Positions 24,331 to 38,384 are shown, numbered from the stretch's first letter. The stretch is DNA of 64,000 nucleotides from Sphaerodactylus townsendi (GCF_021028975.2 NC_059435.1:32488001-32552000), one strand, 5' to 3'. Notes: generated from the letters alone by a model not told the origin. Program-made: numbers and translations.

Positions 24331-26017
24331 CACACTTCTTTGCATGCCCTCAGCTTGTAATATCTAATCACAGCAAATATAAATGTATTTTCGCAGTTGG
24401 GTTTTTCGTTGTGAAGTGGCATAAAGATGATATGTGGTTACAGTATGCTTGATGGGTTAAGATTAACCAGTATGCTAAGTGAGAATTAATGGATATGGAT
24501 TCAACCCATTATGACCCCAATTAGATCAAGAAAATCATTTGAGAAACTATAGACATTTTCTCACTGCACAATTGAGTACCAGTGCAGAGGCCACTCATTA
24601 TACTCAAACAATCTTAACTTGGCCAAAATAAGTGTTTTGGCTGCAAGCCACAGACTATCAGTGAATGCAAGCAACAGAAAAAAATATAATTTTGGAAGGG
24701 AAAGAGATATATGGTACCCATCAGCAGAGTTGCGGGAGGGGGGGCAGGTCTAAGATCTCCTAACAGATAAGCACATAGATACAAGAATAAAGACTCAACC
24801 AGTTCTTAGACTGACTCATTCCTAACCACAGAGCACTGTGAAGCAGAATCCAATATAACCTGTCTGCTTGGAAGCACAAAAAAGCCTGTTCCTGAGATAT
24901 AAATGCGCCCAACAGAGACCTACTAATCGTTTCTAAATGCCTGCTGCTGGTAGAGAGAAGAGGATTGGCACAAGGATCAACGACTTTGACTTTCCTGCAG
25001 CTATTGACTTTACAACCAAGTGGGGAAATCCCAGTCTCCCAAATGACCTTTGTATATTTTTCTCTCTAAATTGCTGGAGGGCATTGAGCAGAATAGTAAT
25101 GAATGGTAGGTCAAAAATGGAAGACTGTTAAAAGAACACTTGCAGGATAAGAAAATTCTGGGGTCCTACACTTTAAATTGCTCATTTTTTATTCTCCTGG
25201 GTAAACATTTGTAAGGACTGAATTGTGAATGTCTTTCTTTTATAAATTAAAGCATAGGTTTATGCACTGGCCTAATACAAGATGAAAACATTAGAAATTG
25301 GCCAGGAAAAAAGGAAGGAAGCATCAACAATCTTTCACCCATAGTAAGCTACTTAATTTCAACCCAATTCAGTTTTAGGAAGCTGATGCTCAAAAATCAG
25401 TCATCATAACTGTGGTTCTCTCTCACTTTGTGTATGATGTAAGAACAGAGAACTAAAAAAAGATTTCTTTTTTGTGTGATTTATCCAAGTCCACCCTAGT
25501 TAGAATTGTTAGCAAATAAGATCCAGCAATACAACAATAAACCTTTTCCTCTTATACATTTTACTATCTCATGAGGTTCTGGTTTGCGAACCAAACATTT
25601 TTATTATATATATTGGGGGCACAAATGGAATAACCTTCAATAGTGCTTGGAAGACTAGTAGCTGAATCAAACATGACCCTCCCCCCACAAATATTCTGTT
25701 TTTAAGATGAAATCCTATAGGCAAATTCCTTAAAGATTAAATAAGTTCAGCTTTGAATTTCAGAATGATGGCATTCTCTGTTAAATTTCTTGGCTGTATA
25801 CAGGAAATATTTTAGGATGTGCATATGCCATGTAGAGTGTTTGTGAAGAACTGATACCATAGTGTTCATGCTAATGTCATAAAAACCAATTAAACCAAAC
25901 AAACATTGATGCAAATTTTCAAGGTACACAGGCAAACAATGTATTATAGATCCACCTTGAGCTGAGTTGCACCTTCTAAGTAAACTGAAATTAATGGACT
26001 TAGAAGGGTGTATCTCT

Positions 26018-26512
26018 GGCCCTTTCCACATAGCAAATTCTGAGCGGGTTACAGCCAGGATTAACGAACCTGGAATAGTCCTGGGCCCTTTGCATGCCTG
26101 GCTGCCCTGTGGAAAGCCAGCATACCAGCCAGGATGCGCCTTCACATGGAGGTGCTTTTTAAAAATAACTTTCAGAAACTTACCTCCCTCTGATGCAGCT
26201 ACACAGGCAGCCACACAGATGCTTGCTGGAGCCAGCAGTGCCTGCATGGCTCCGCAGATGGGAGCCGGGAGGGGAAGAAAAAAAATGCAGCCGCATAACA
26301 CACTTTGCAGTTGCGGCCGTTCGCTCAGACACAGCTGCAGGGCAAGTTAAAACAAAACAATTCCACATAGTGTGACTGTTGTAAAACCTGGTGTGGGGTG
26401 GGGGTCACATGTTAATCCGCGTTAGGATCGGGATCTGTGAAAAGCTAACCCCCCCAACCCGGGGGCTTTTACCAGTGTTGTCCTGGTTTAATTGGCCTGT
26501 GAGGAAAGGGCC
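26018..26512. mobile_element. PIF/Harbinger-like MITE
   Basis: TIRs ggccctttccacatagc / gcctgtgaggaaagggcc, with 3-bp TSD TCT. Confidence 0.78.
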
Positions 26513-26626
26513 TCTGCTTAGGATGGCACTGTAAGGCATTTTATTTTATATCCTGCCCTCCCTGGCCTGGCCTGGGCTCAGAGGGGCTAACAGACATGAT
26601 TAAAATAGTCATACAATACTTTAGAC

Positions 26627-26834
26627 CAGTGATTGCCAAAGTGGGCGCCACCGCCCCCCGGTGGGTGCTGCAGCGATCCAGGGGGGCGGTGATGGCCACA
26701 GGTAGAAACACTAATACATATATCTTTCTGTTTAATTGCTATAAAAATTTTTTTTAAAGATAATTTCCAGGGGGCGCTAAGTAATATTTTTTCTGGAAAG
26801 GGGGCGGTAGGCCAAATAAGTTTGGGAACTACTG
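26627..26834. mobile_element. hAT-Charlie-like MITE
   Basis: TIRs cagtgattgccaaagt / agtttgggaactactg. Exact 8-bp TSD CTTTAGAC. Confidence 0.88.
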
Positions 26835-28989
26835 CTTTAGACAGTTAATAATTAATATCTAAAACAAATTGTAAAAAAGAGCACCATTAACCACTAAACT
26901 CCTGATGGTGATTTAGATCAAGTCATATATTTTACTTTTTCAGGACAACTGAAAATATGCATCAGGCACTCCCTCATCAGGTACTTAAAATAAATGATTA
27001 CCTTTGTCTTGTAGGATAGTAATTAAGATTTCAACATAGCCATATTTAACTCTGGGAGTTTGAAAGGAAGAGATTAACAACCCCCCCCCCCGCCCCCCCA
27101 ACATGAAGCTCTACAGCAAGCAGATTAGGGGCGGCATAGAAAGATACGGTAAAGCCCTATTTCTATTTTTTTTATAAATTAAAAAATCCTGGCATTGTGT
27201 TTCAAATGCCTGTTTCAACTTGTGATCAACCAGTTGGAAGGTGATCCCTATCATTCTCACAGGTTGGCATCTTTCGCACAGGAGGCCAATTCATAACCAG
27301 AGGGAAATGTAGGGTGGGCTGGCAATGGGTTTCTCCAGCTGTAATGGAAGATAATTTGTTATGGCACATGTTTAAAAGCATGAGGTGTCTTTACTGCTCT
27401 TTTGAAAACTCTGAACATGGTATGTATCATATTCACACCTTTTGGGGACTGAAAAGAAACTTCACTGGACAATATTCTTGGGTTTAGTTAAATAAAAAAA
27501 ATACATCCTTTGCTCTAGAATCTAAATAATAATGCCCCAAATTAGAATTAAATGTAAGAAATTCCACCAATAGGACAAAATATGAGAGCTGCATCTTTAT
27601 GCAGATGGGTTGGTCCCATGTACACAAAGAAGGATGAGCAGATTTAGCTAGGTTACGGCTCAGTGACTTTGTGTATGAATCAGATTCCTAGGTCTCATGA
27701 TGCTTCCCATTAAAAGTGTAATAAAAAGGAGGAGTTGGGATGAATTCATCCCTTTCATACTTCTTAAAGATATACTGAGAGAATTATAGGCATTTGAGGA
27801 CCTAGATAGATGCATTAAAGTATATCACCACTAATAAAAATTATTATTCTGGTAGTTTTCAACCGTATTTTGCCAAGGCTGCAACAGGAGGTTTGACATA
27901 AAAACATGAAAAGCTCTAGAGTCTGATCACTATGATTAAATGATAGTATTTACAAACTTGAAAATCACTTGAGGAGTTCAACAGGCTTGACATTCCCCTT
28001 TCAATACTACTGAAAGGTCTGAAAAAATCCATACATGTGTTCTACTTAATTTCACAGATGTAAGAATAAAAAAAAAATTATGAGCAAGTAGCACTAAATC
28101 CCTATATGCTCCATAATCATCCTAGGTTTTACTGGTTGTTTTTAAACAAGAAAGGGAACACTTTTCTGTTCTCTGCAAATATCAGAGGCAGAAGAAAAAC
28201 AAAATTAAGAAAGCAATCCTAAATAGGTTCATTTAGAAGTAAGTCCCATTCTATTCAGCGGGTTTAATTCCAGGAATGCTGTTTCTCAGACTGCAGCCTA
28301 ATACAATAATCCCATCTCATAATGTGAATGCCTTCTCTCTGGAACATTGTCTCTTATGAAACACAACAAGTATGAATGAACATTAACAAGACTCACTGTC
28401 AATACCTTACTATTCACAGATTTGCTTAGTAACATAAATTATGGCTAACATAATTTGACAAAAGGCATTAAATTAAAAGGTATTCAAGATGCTGTTACAT
28501 TTGTATTTGAATAAAAAATGATTGGATGCTATTAAGAAATGAAGAATCAGCCCTGAGTATTAAAATATAATAAAGAAAAAATATTCAGATAAATGACTAA
28601 TTAAGTGAATATGTATTGAGCCTCTAATTGATTTATTATGTAAGTGGACAGTTCTTGAAAAGAAGAATTTTGATGTAAACTTGTAATTTTGGGATGATAG
28701 CCATTCTTCAGTGCAGGAAGCAAGTACCCAATTATTTCTTCCTTGCACACAGATGAATAGTCAGATACACATGTTTTAATAATAAGTTATATAGATACAT
28801 TCTAGCTGACTTCTGCTGACTTGGTTAAGAGCCTAAGGATTATACTGGATTCAACATTATTGCTGGAGAACTTAATACAGCTTGAAAATACACTTCCAAC
28901 TCAGTTTAGTCTACTAGACAACCTTGGCTTGGGCAACTTGGCCAGCTGATGCAGAATGTCCCAGCTTGGTTTTTATCAAGAGATAAATG

Positions 28990-29165
28990 CCCTGACATGG
29001 ATAGCATCATCAGATCTTAGAAGGGTGAGCCCTGGTTTGTGTTTGGCAACCTCCAAGGAATGCCAGGGTTGTGATGTGGAGGAAGGCAATGGAGAATCAT
29101 TTCTGATTGTATCTTGCTTTGAAAACCCTATGCGGTTGCCATAAGTCAGCTGTGAATTGACTATC
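28990..29165 (+). mobile_element. 5S-derived SINE
   Basis: catcagatcttagaag...ccctggtt head and gaaaaccctatg.ggttgccataagtcagctgtga tail. Confidence 0.72.
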
Positions 29166-29319
29166 GTGTAGTCAGATAAAGTCAAGCTGAACCCCCCTCC
29201 CCAAAAATCCCCCCGGCTATCCAGGCAGAGCCAAATAGCCAAAGCCTTAAAAATCCAAATATCATTTTGTGATCAACCAGTTGGAAGGTGATCCCAAGAT
29301 GCCCAAGGTGGCTTCAGAG

Positions 29320-29620
29320 GCAGCACTTCCAAGCTGAGAATCTGTCTTTTCAAGGGGAGTATAACCCTATCCAAGACAGGAGAGATTAAAAGTCCCCAGT
29401 CTGCCTTTCTACTAACCCTGAGAATCTTTGACTTCTTAGGATTAAATTTCAGATTGTTCATCCTTATGTAGTCCATTACTGCCTGCCAGAGAACATCAAC
29501 AGCATCCTTGTAATCAGGTGGAAAAGAAAGGTAGAGCTGGCTATTATCTGTATATTGGTGACATCACAGCCCATACCTCCTGATGACTTCTCCAAGAGGC
29601 TTCATACAGATGTAAATAGC
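29320..29620 (-). mobile_element. L2 LINE RT fragment
   Basis: QYTDNSQLYLSF (YADD-like) and MNNLKFNPKKSKIL...PVLDRVILPLKRQILSL. Confidence 0.8.
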
Positions 29621-31976
29621 CTTCTGAATTTAAAATCATCTATTTAATTTTCTTTACATCATTTTTAGTCTGCCTTTCTCACTTGGACTCGGGGGATTAC
29701 ACAGAGTGAATCAATACAATTGACAGGATGGAGTTTTCAATAAATTATACATTAGGATTAGGGTTGTAGAACTAGTCAGAACTTTGAAAACAAAAACTGA
29801 AGCAAGGCATAAGCATAAGTCTTAACATGACACATTAAATTACAAAATTACACAGTAGGTTCCTCATTATTGAGGTAACACTGACATGAAGTTTAAAAAC
29901 AGAATGCACATCAGGCAAGCCTAGTAGTAAATACTATTGGGATAACACTAGAATTCACATCTCTGGTATATCCAAAACATACTGTACAGTGTGCTAACCC
30001 TCAAGGTACAATGGCATTGTGTCACAAATTGCTTTGTGCGTCTGTGCTGTTTATTGATCCAAACTTCAGCACAGACCAAGATAAATGACATGATGGGCAG
30101 CCCTGGTAGATAAGCATGGATTTATAGACTGTTTAAAATAAAAAGTTGTAAACCCTACAGAGTTGTCATTAGCAAGTGCTATATAAATCTGTCTACAAGG
30201 GGCTTTCTGTGACAGTCTATCTTATCAAGGCCTTCTTGGGGAGTCATGATTGAGCACATTTTTAAAATAATAAACCATAAAGGCTGTAAAAGAAGACTAG
30301 TTTTCTTGGGTCACTAGCATAACAAAGTATAATGACCTCTTTGAGGCTATATCAATTTCCCATGTTAGTGTTGCTGCCACACTGGTGGCTCGGTGTGCAC
30401 TAAAAATACTGGGGAAATTTGTGTTGGAACAGAACATGGTAACCCATTGAAAAAATTAGCAACTTGCATGCTTTTAAGAATGACTTCCTTGTTTGGTTCA
30501 ACAGGTCACTGATGGGGCTAATGTAGGCTCTGTCCTAGACTAATGGCCCACAAAATATGTGCCAACACTACCAAACTATATTCTGATTTGAAGATGACAA
30601 AATGTGGTTTAAAAACTGCTAATCACAAATGAAAATTACCAATGATGAGCAATTTTTAACATTTAAAAAAACACCAAACAAAAGAGGAATTCCTTTGTGA
30701 TGGCATTGCAGATTTACGCTGCTGTCACCCAAACAGCACATTTCAAGGCTTTTTTTATTTCAACATGAGAAAATTTTAATTCATAATGGCTTTCAGAATG
30801 TAAAGGGTTTGAACAACCAGGTTTAACCTAGTAGTTCAAATGGCTCAATGTGTAACTAATACTCAAGGGGAGGGGAGGTTACAAAGATCTCCCTTTCTAA
30901 TTCCTCACTCATGCTGAGCACATACAGAGTTACTTTATGTCTGGACACATGGTAAGGGTAAGAGACCTTTTTCACCTAAATGTTTAGAAGGGAATAAATG
31001 AGGGGGAGCAAATTAAAATTAACCTGTTCTAATGGCCTGATGGGAAATGACTGAGAAACCATAATAAATATTGCCTCTTGTAGAAAACAGAACTTGTAGA
31101 TATGGCCAGACCTGACATGCTTTTCTCAGGCACAAAGTCAGGCCTGAAGACTTCTTTTCTTCATAAAATTCCTAAACCATAATATCAAAAACACTAGTTA
31201 TAGCTCATCTCCACACAGAAAAATCCTGTGACAATAAGAGAAAAATGGACTTGCTGACTGTAGGTTTTTTTTTCCAGATAGTATGCTCCACAAGATTAGG
31301 TGTTACTAGTGAGCCAACTCTGGGTTGGGAAATTCCCAACTCAGAGGTAGAGGTTGGTAATTCTGCTTGTTTCCTACATCTAATTGGTATCACTCATCTT
31401 ATATGGGTTTTTGTCCATATGGGTTACCCAACACCTGCCTTCAGCTTTTGGGGCTCACATGAAGTTCTTGGAGGAAAAGGAAGGTGGGAACAAACTATCT
31501 CCAACCACACATTTGGCAGGTAGCAAACAGGACTCAACACATTATCGTAAAATGAGGTACTTTCCCTTTCATGAGTATTACAACTTGGGATATCACTCTG
31601 ACTCATGTATAATCTGCTGACTTGAAGGCTGCATTTTGCTGATTTAGCACTGCTCAGAAAATTTCAGTTAAAACTAGCTTAATATTTAAGTGCACTCCTG
31701 TAGGCCAGGTTCTCTCTGTGGCTACAGAATGATGCAAGGCAGAATGATGTAACAAAGCAAATTAATGTGCCTTATTCCTTAGTAACATAGCAGGCCAATC
31801 CTAAACAGACTTACACACTTCTAAGCCCATTAACTTTAAGGGGGGGCTTAGAAGGGTTTAATCCTGTTTAGGATTGCATTGTTCGAGATATTTATCTTCT
31901 TTTATAATGATCTTGTAAATCACAAGACTGTCTACCTAAATGTGTGAGGAAACTATTTCAGGTAAATATTACTCAC

Positions 31977-32083
31977 CTCTCCTTCTCTCGGCCACGGCCT
32001 CCCATTCTGTGTGTACTTGCTTTGATTTTGCCGTTTCTTCTGCCCTCCATCAGCAAATTTGCACAGCAAAGGCTCCGTTGGGG
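31977..32083 (-). CDS. RBMS3: RBMS3 internal coding exon, 107 nt (end of RRM2 and linker)
   Basis: Acceptor gttcattgtattcacag, donor GAG|gtgagt. Translates (A)[35 protein letters not shown], the RBMS-family motif after RRM2. Phase 1 in, phase 0 out. Confidence 0.97.
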
Positions 32084-32534
32084 CTGTGAATACAATGAAC
32101 ACAGTCTGCATTAGCAACCTTCCACAGATAGTAATTACAGCAGCATGTGTAATGTTTCTGTAATGTTCATCTTTTGAAGTAAAATCCTGCCTCCTGCAGA
32201 TTTTTTGGGGTATGTATGTGTGCACAATTTAACCCTGACAGTTGTTCTTGTTATAGGTTTTTTAAAAAATAAATACTTCCAGATCTTTGAAAAATGTAAT
32301 CAACAATGAAAAAACAATCAAATAATTCAAATGTAGAAAAATTAAGAGGGAAGTTTATAATATGATGAACAGTGGAATAAATCTTTTCCTTAATACTAGA
32401 ATTCAAGGTCAGTTACTTTGCAATGAAATTGTTTCACAGTAGACTCAGGAAAGACAAAAAGAAAACCTTCACACAATGTACAAACTAACTTGGGAAATAC
32501 ACAACCACAGGATGTATGATGGCCATTAGTTTTT

Positions 32535-32900
32535 GTGTGTAAAGTGCTGTCAGGCTGCAGCTGACTTATAGTAACCTCATAAACAAACAGAGGTGGGTGG
32601 CCAGTGATGAAGGGAGCAGGAACTGCGCCCAGGGAATCAACTGCCTGCGCCCGCCCTTCCCGCTCCCAAAACACCCGATACACCCCTGGCCCCACCTCCC
32701 CATGGGACTGCAATGGCGGCGCCCGGGACAAGCCGTCTCAGATGTCCCCATTGCAGCTATGCCCTGTGGGTGGCCATTGCCTTCCTCTGCAGAGCAACCC
32801 TGGAATTCCTTGGTGGTCTCCCATCCAAATACTAATCAGGACTGACCATGCATAGCTGCTGATACCTGACAAGATCGGCCTAGCTAGGGCCATCCAGGTC
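32535..32900 (-). mobile_element. 5S-derived SINE carrying a nested hAT MITE
   Basis: ggtggtctcccatccaaatactaatcagg...caagatcggcctagc is the reverse-complement 5S head. Tail at ~32540-32590. Confidence 0.75.
32602..32766. mobile_element. GC-rich hAT MITE nested in the SINE
   Basis: Ends cagtgatga.. / ..ctatgccctg. Exact 8-bp TSD TGGGTGGC. Confidence 0.8.
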
Positions 32901-33955
32901 ACTGCAGTCACTAGTTTAGCTTCAAAAAAGGGATAGACAAATTCACAGATGCTATTCTTATCAACAGTTATTAGCCATGAAATCACTATGGAACCTTCAT
33001 ATAAAGAGGCAGAATGCTTGGAGACAAACAATAAAGAAGGACTGCTGTGTGTATTTTCTGTATTTCACACTTGTGTATTTCCTGTAAGCCACTGTTAAAA
33101 ATGTGATGCTTGATTACATGGGCCCTAGGTCTAATGCAGAAGGGTTGTTCTTATAATCAGTATGAGATTTCTCAATTGGAATTATAACACATCGAATCAC
33201 AATGGACATTGGTACAATAATAAACACTGCTGCTCTTTTTTTAGTGGGAGGGAAAAAGCCCAATTTAATAATTTTTGTCTCTCTGCACCACAGGCTTACA
33301 TATTTGAGCAAGCAAAATAAATACAAGTAGATGAAAGGAGACTTTGCCAAACAATCAAATTAGCTTAGTTCCCCCTATTAAATCCTTATAGCTTAAGACA
33401 GCTGGCATATGACCTTCTTAATGCATCTGAGGTGAGATCCCAGTCTTTCATCATGAAACAGCCTGTACAGTCAGTGCATTACTATTCAAATGAATGTTCA
33501 AAAGGCTGGAAGCCACAGTTTGCATGAAAGACTATCGAAAGAAAAGGCAAAATCATTCCTAATTTGTCAAACTTGGATCTATTTATAATATTTTTGTCAG
33601 ATTTTAACACTAGAACATCCCTGTGCTTGTATGTCTGTCTGTGTATTCAATCGGAGAGCTTTACTAAAAAGGCACTGAGATCAATTATGACCAAATTACA
33701 GTGAATGGAGGTAAAAATCAATTTGTGTCTGACAATTTGGAGTTGAAAGGTGATGGGCTTTTGTATTTTCGGTGTTTGACAAACTACAAGTTACAAATGT
33801 ACGTAGGTAAGGTAGGATCTAAGATCATTTCAGAGGGAAGCCATATAGATTCTGCATGAGAACAGAAAGATTCGAGTCCTGTAGCATTTTAGACACCAAC
33901 AAGATTTTCTGTTTATCAGATTTTGAAAGCCAAAACTATCTGATGAAGGAAGCCG

Positions 33956-34880
33956 TCATGGCCCAGTGAAGCTCACCTGAGCCCAGGTATTCTGAGGACT
34001 CCTGAGACAGAGAGCCAGATGGCAGTATGGGGCTCCACCCTCAGCCAGCAGCAGTGGAGCTGCTGGAGGAGACTTGAGACAAAAGCTTCTTCAACAACTT
34101 AGAAAAGCTCCACCTGATGGCATTGTGCCCACACAATAGTAGCAAAGAGCACACTCACTTTGCTGCCATCACTGTGACAGAGTGGGCACATTAGTGTGCT
34201 CCCACCTGCATTAGGTCATAATCACTTCAAGTTTTTCTCCACTTGTGTCATGGTCCAACAAGGCTCAGTTATGTCCAGGGACTCTTCAGATGAGAAATCA
34301 GATGGTGGCATGGCATTCCACCCTCAGCAGGCAGCAGTGGAGCTAAGGAGGAGGCAGTCCTGATGGGGTCAGACCCAGGGTCCAACTGGGAACTAGCACA
34401 AAGGCTGTGGGGTTTGAACCCAGAGCTACAACTAGGAACCAGCATAGAAGCTCTTCACCCCCCCCCCCCCCCCCGATGCTAGGCCAGCTGCAGGAAGCCT
34501 TGTTTTCTCTCCACCCCATCATACCCCAAGCTCCATGAGCATCACCAAAGAAAGCTGTGTAGTGACCTGCAGGGCAGGAGCCCAGTACCTGCAGTACTCC
34601 AGCCTCAACAGCAAAGAGGAGTACTTGCATGAGCAGGGCTGATGCAGTGGCAGGGCATCTCCAGCCACCTGAGCTGTGACCTGTTTAAAAGATGCTGGGA
34701 TATGGGAAACTGCATGGAAACAACATGTCTACTTGTCATTGACGTTGCCATGTTTGCTTGTGTTGTCTGTTCCATCCTGATCTTGGTCTGTAACTTCAGA
34801 TTTGTGTTTGTTGCATTATCTCCATGGACCTAACTCCCGTGAGTGAGAATCTTCCATGCTGACCTTGGAATTAGACTCTG
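33956..34880 (+). mobile_element. LTR-like sequence with an internal partial duplication
   Basis: Two related starts (cgtcatggccc ~33956, tgtcatggtcc ~34246). Repeated cagatgg...tccaccctcagc..gcagcagtggagct. tttaaaag TATA-like motif. Follows a Penelope-like remnant (~33830-33950). Confidence 0.4.
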
Positions 34881-35095
34881 ACTACTGAGTACTGTCTCTA
34901 TGTGTGCATAGCAGGGGTTTTTTTCTCATAGGGAGTTTTGGACACAAATAAAAGAACATTCATCCCAGATAGATGTTTTTTCAAACATGAGGTGCTCCCC
35001 AAGTTAGCATGGAGGTGCCCAGGATTGGTGAGGGTAGGAAGCTGAATGTGGAAGCTGGGAGTAGTAGGATGAATGTCGAAGGAGAGAGAAAGGGG

Positions 35096-35276
35096 CAGAA
35101 GTGTAGCAAGGGGGGAAGCGCCAAGTGCACGGGTGTGTCCTCCGCCCCGCCCACCCTGGAACGCCCCTGTCCTACCCTGGAATGTCCCTGCCCTGGAAAG
35201 CCACGCCCCCGCCACACCCCCACAGGGGTGTGCGCCTGGTGCGTCTCTCCCCCGCCCCTTTGGAGCTACATCTCTG
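35096..35276. mobile_element. GC-rich hAT MITE (cagaggcgtagc family)
   Basis: Ends cagaagtgtagc / gctacatctctg. TSD GAAAGGGG / GAAAGGGA (7 of 8). Confidence 0.75.
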
Positions 35277-36132
35277 GAAAGGGATGAGGATGTTGAGGCA
35301 AGGCTGCACTCCTAGTGAGCAGGGAAGGAATAGGAACTGCCTCTCTCACACCCCTAAGGAGCAGGGGAAAAGAGGGACCCAACAAGTGGGTGACTGGGGA
35401 AAAAGGAGAAAAAGAGAAGGTAATGAGTGAGTATGTGGGAGACTGGAAGGACGCAAGAAAAATTAATGAGTGTGTCAGAGAGAGACCGGAGGGACGTCAC
35501 TAAGCAAGAGAAGTTGAGGACAGTTTGCATGTATGTACACACATGGGGGCTGAGGGGTGGGTGGGAGAGGAGTGGAGAACAGAGAGAGAAATTAAGGATA
35601 ATGTGCGTGTTCATGACTAGAGGAACACAAGAAGAAACAAATATTAACAGCAATGTGTGTGTGTAAGATATAGGGTATGGGAGGATGAGAGTGTATGTGC
35701 ATGCTTCAGGAGGCACTGGGGATACAGAAAGAAAAGTTACAGCAAAAGGCTGGATCCATTCAGCTTCTAGGCTGGTGAAAAAGGATGGCAGACTCTTTCT
35801 GAACACCACAAAAACACTGCACTGAGAATCCTGGAACCTGCATATAAAAAAGCAAAGCAGGACAGGGACTATAGTATGGAAGAGAACTGGGTTAAATATG
35901 CACTATAGTAGTCATCTTTCATCATAAGACTAACTCCTGGAATAAACTCTGAAATCAGAATTCAAATTATGGGAGTGGGGAAGCAGAGAAGGTCCTAACA
36001 GAAAAACACAAACTCTGCCTCTGGGTTGTCTAATTTTTAGTCTCTCCCAGTAATTCTAATAAGCTGCAGCATCATGTCTGTTTCTGGTGGCATCTATCTA
36101 CCTGCCGCAATACCCCTCTTCCCCTTTGTTAT

Positions 36133-36576
36133 GGCCGTTTCTGCACGGGCAAAAAAAGCTGGTAAAACGACAGTAAAAACAGCGTTATGGGCGGAGCGTT
36201 CGCATGGCTGTCGCTGCAGAAATGACGCTGCAGCAATGCGGCAATGCTCCAGTGGCCCCACAATGGTGTATTTGAAAATAGCTCAACAAGTGAGTCTTTT
36301 CAACAATGATGCTCTGCAGCCAGTGTCGTGCAAAACGCCTGCCAGGAATCAGTGCCGCAGAGCCTGCCCTTCACAATGGCAGCTCAGACTGGCCAATTCT
36401 GGTGCCAAATACCTGTGATGTCTACCATGGGGAAAAAAAACGCCATTTGCAAAGCGCAGCCATGCGAAGCGCCGCAGTTCAGCCAATGCGCTACCTGTCC
36501 CGCCCATGCGAACGCTCTGTTGCTGCAGTGTTGCCAATAATGGCACAATGCTGTAATTGGCTGTGCAGAAATGGCC
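36133..36576. mobile_element. PIF/Harbinger-like MITE
   Basis: TIRs ggccgtttctgcacgg / ctgtgcagaaatggcc, with 3-bp TSD TAT. Internal inverted gcgttcgcatgg / ccatgcgaacgc. Confidence 0.82.
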
Positions 36577-38384
36577 TATGTTTGTGAAATGTGATACACA
36601 AGGAAAACGCACCATATGCTAGACTCACCCAACAGAGAGTCCCCCAAGGAGGAGGCATCAACTTAGATGTATAATGCCCTAGACAAAATAACATTTGCAA
36701 GCATCTCATCTAGTTCTGGTTTGGAACCTACTGTGCTGCTATCTCTTAAATTCTAGATTTAAATTTTCATGGCTTTATTCATTGTTTTTATTCCTTGTTC
36801 TGAATGTTCACAGTGAAAGAGACCAGAATAATATAAACATTTCTTCTGTGGAAGAAGTTCTGATTTTCTTTCTGCCTTCAGTGCCTGTAATCCAAAATAT
36901 GCAAGGTTCAGTTCTTTGTGTGGTTCCTGAGATTCCTTTGAAGTGGACCCACCAATTTTGAACTCAGTTCCCCTATTGGTATTCAAGATCGTGTAACAGT
37001 AACCATAGGGATCAGACAGTATCACCACAGCGCAAGGTATTTCCTGCTTGGTGGAAAATTCCCTTGGCTAGTATATCTAGTCAACTTTGAGTTAGGCAGG
37101 ACTCTTGCAGTGTGGCAAGTGACTCTGTTTGACAGCAGAGTATCTCATCAAATCAGGTACATATGGGAAGAGGAACAGGAAGGAAGGCTAGAGATAAATT
37201 CCACTTGGAGTCATAACCTGATGGATCTATATTAAGTAAATGAAGCAATGCAGAGCTGGAGACCAGACAGCATTTCTCAGCCGAGAAGAACATAATTCAG
37301 AAATTGAAGCAAGGGGATCATGAGAATTCTAAAACAGATATAGGGGCAACAGCCTTCTGAAATGGTAGCTAAGGGGGCTCATCATATGAGACAGAAGGAC
37401 AGATATACTAAAAATTTAACTAACAACAACTGAGTGCATCTATCTACCTGCTGTGAACCAGGATCCTTAACTTATTCATGTCTGAAGCTATGTTGGAAGA
37501 TCCCAGAAAATAACCTTATGTTGTCACTGTAATGCAGCATTTCCACTAAACAAAGTAGGTCTTACTTCCAAGAAACATGCATAAGATTAGGCTGTCTTTC
37601 ATCTAGATGCAGGATGATCTAGATGCAGGATTATATATGTATGGATATATACACACACACACACCCTACTACTATGGTACCAACATCAAAGACCATAGCC
37701 TAACAATATTGTATTCTTTTCTGAACACTTGAACCTTTTAACCCATAAAGATATGCTAAAAGATAGTTCAGTATTTAATAGTATTTGGAATAAGAAACGT
37801 TGGCTCATTTATATTTAAATAAGTGTTCCTCATCAAAGACTGGCGCTCGCCTATAACCACCAGGTTAAATGTACATTAGAGTTCCAAACAAAACAAGGTC
37901 TCCATTTTTCTGGAGATTTTATATTTATCTCATATTGTCTGGGGACGGGCGCCCCACCTGTCCCAGACTGCAGCCTCAACAGGGGTATGCGGGGGCATCC
38001 GAGCAGCCCTGGATCTGGAGCCCTTTGGGTGGGGCGGCTGCATGCCAGGCAAGGTGAGAAGGAGGGAGAGGCTGACCTCTAGCCAGAGCCCTCTTGGAGG
38101 AGTGGTCACATACCAAGGAATGCAAGGAGGAGGGGGAGGCAGTCCTCAAGGCTGCCTCCAGGATCATCCCACCTGAGTCAGCCACCACATAGGGTGGGGG
38201 CGAAGACAAGAAAGACAGCAATCATGAAGGGTTAGGAGGGATGGCACAAACCCCTCCTGGAGGGGGGTGGAGGAGGCACAGCACCATACATATATATCAG
38301 CTTCAAAATCGGATTTCTAGAGTACAAAACTTGTGTTATGAACATGAAAATTAGCCCTCTGGAGCTTATAAGATTGCTGACTGA

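Noticed and set aside
25747-26375. Longest ORF in the track (184 aa) and overlapping ORFs
   Set aside because: They run through a GC-rich MITE, with no recognisable domain or splice structure.
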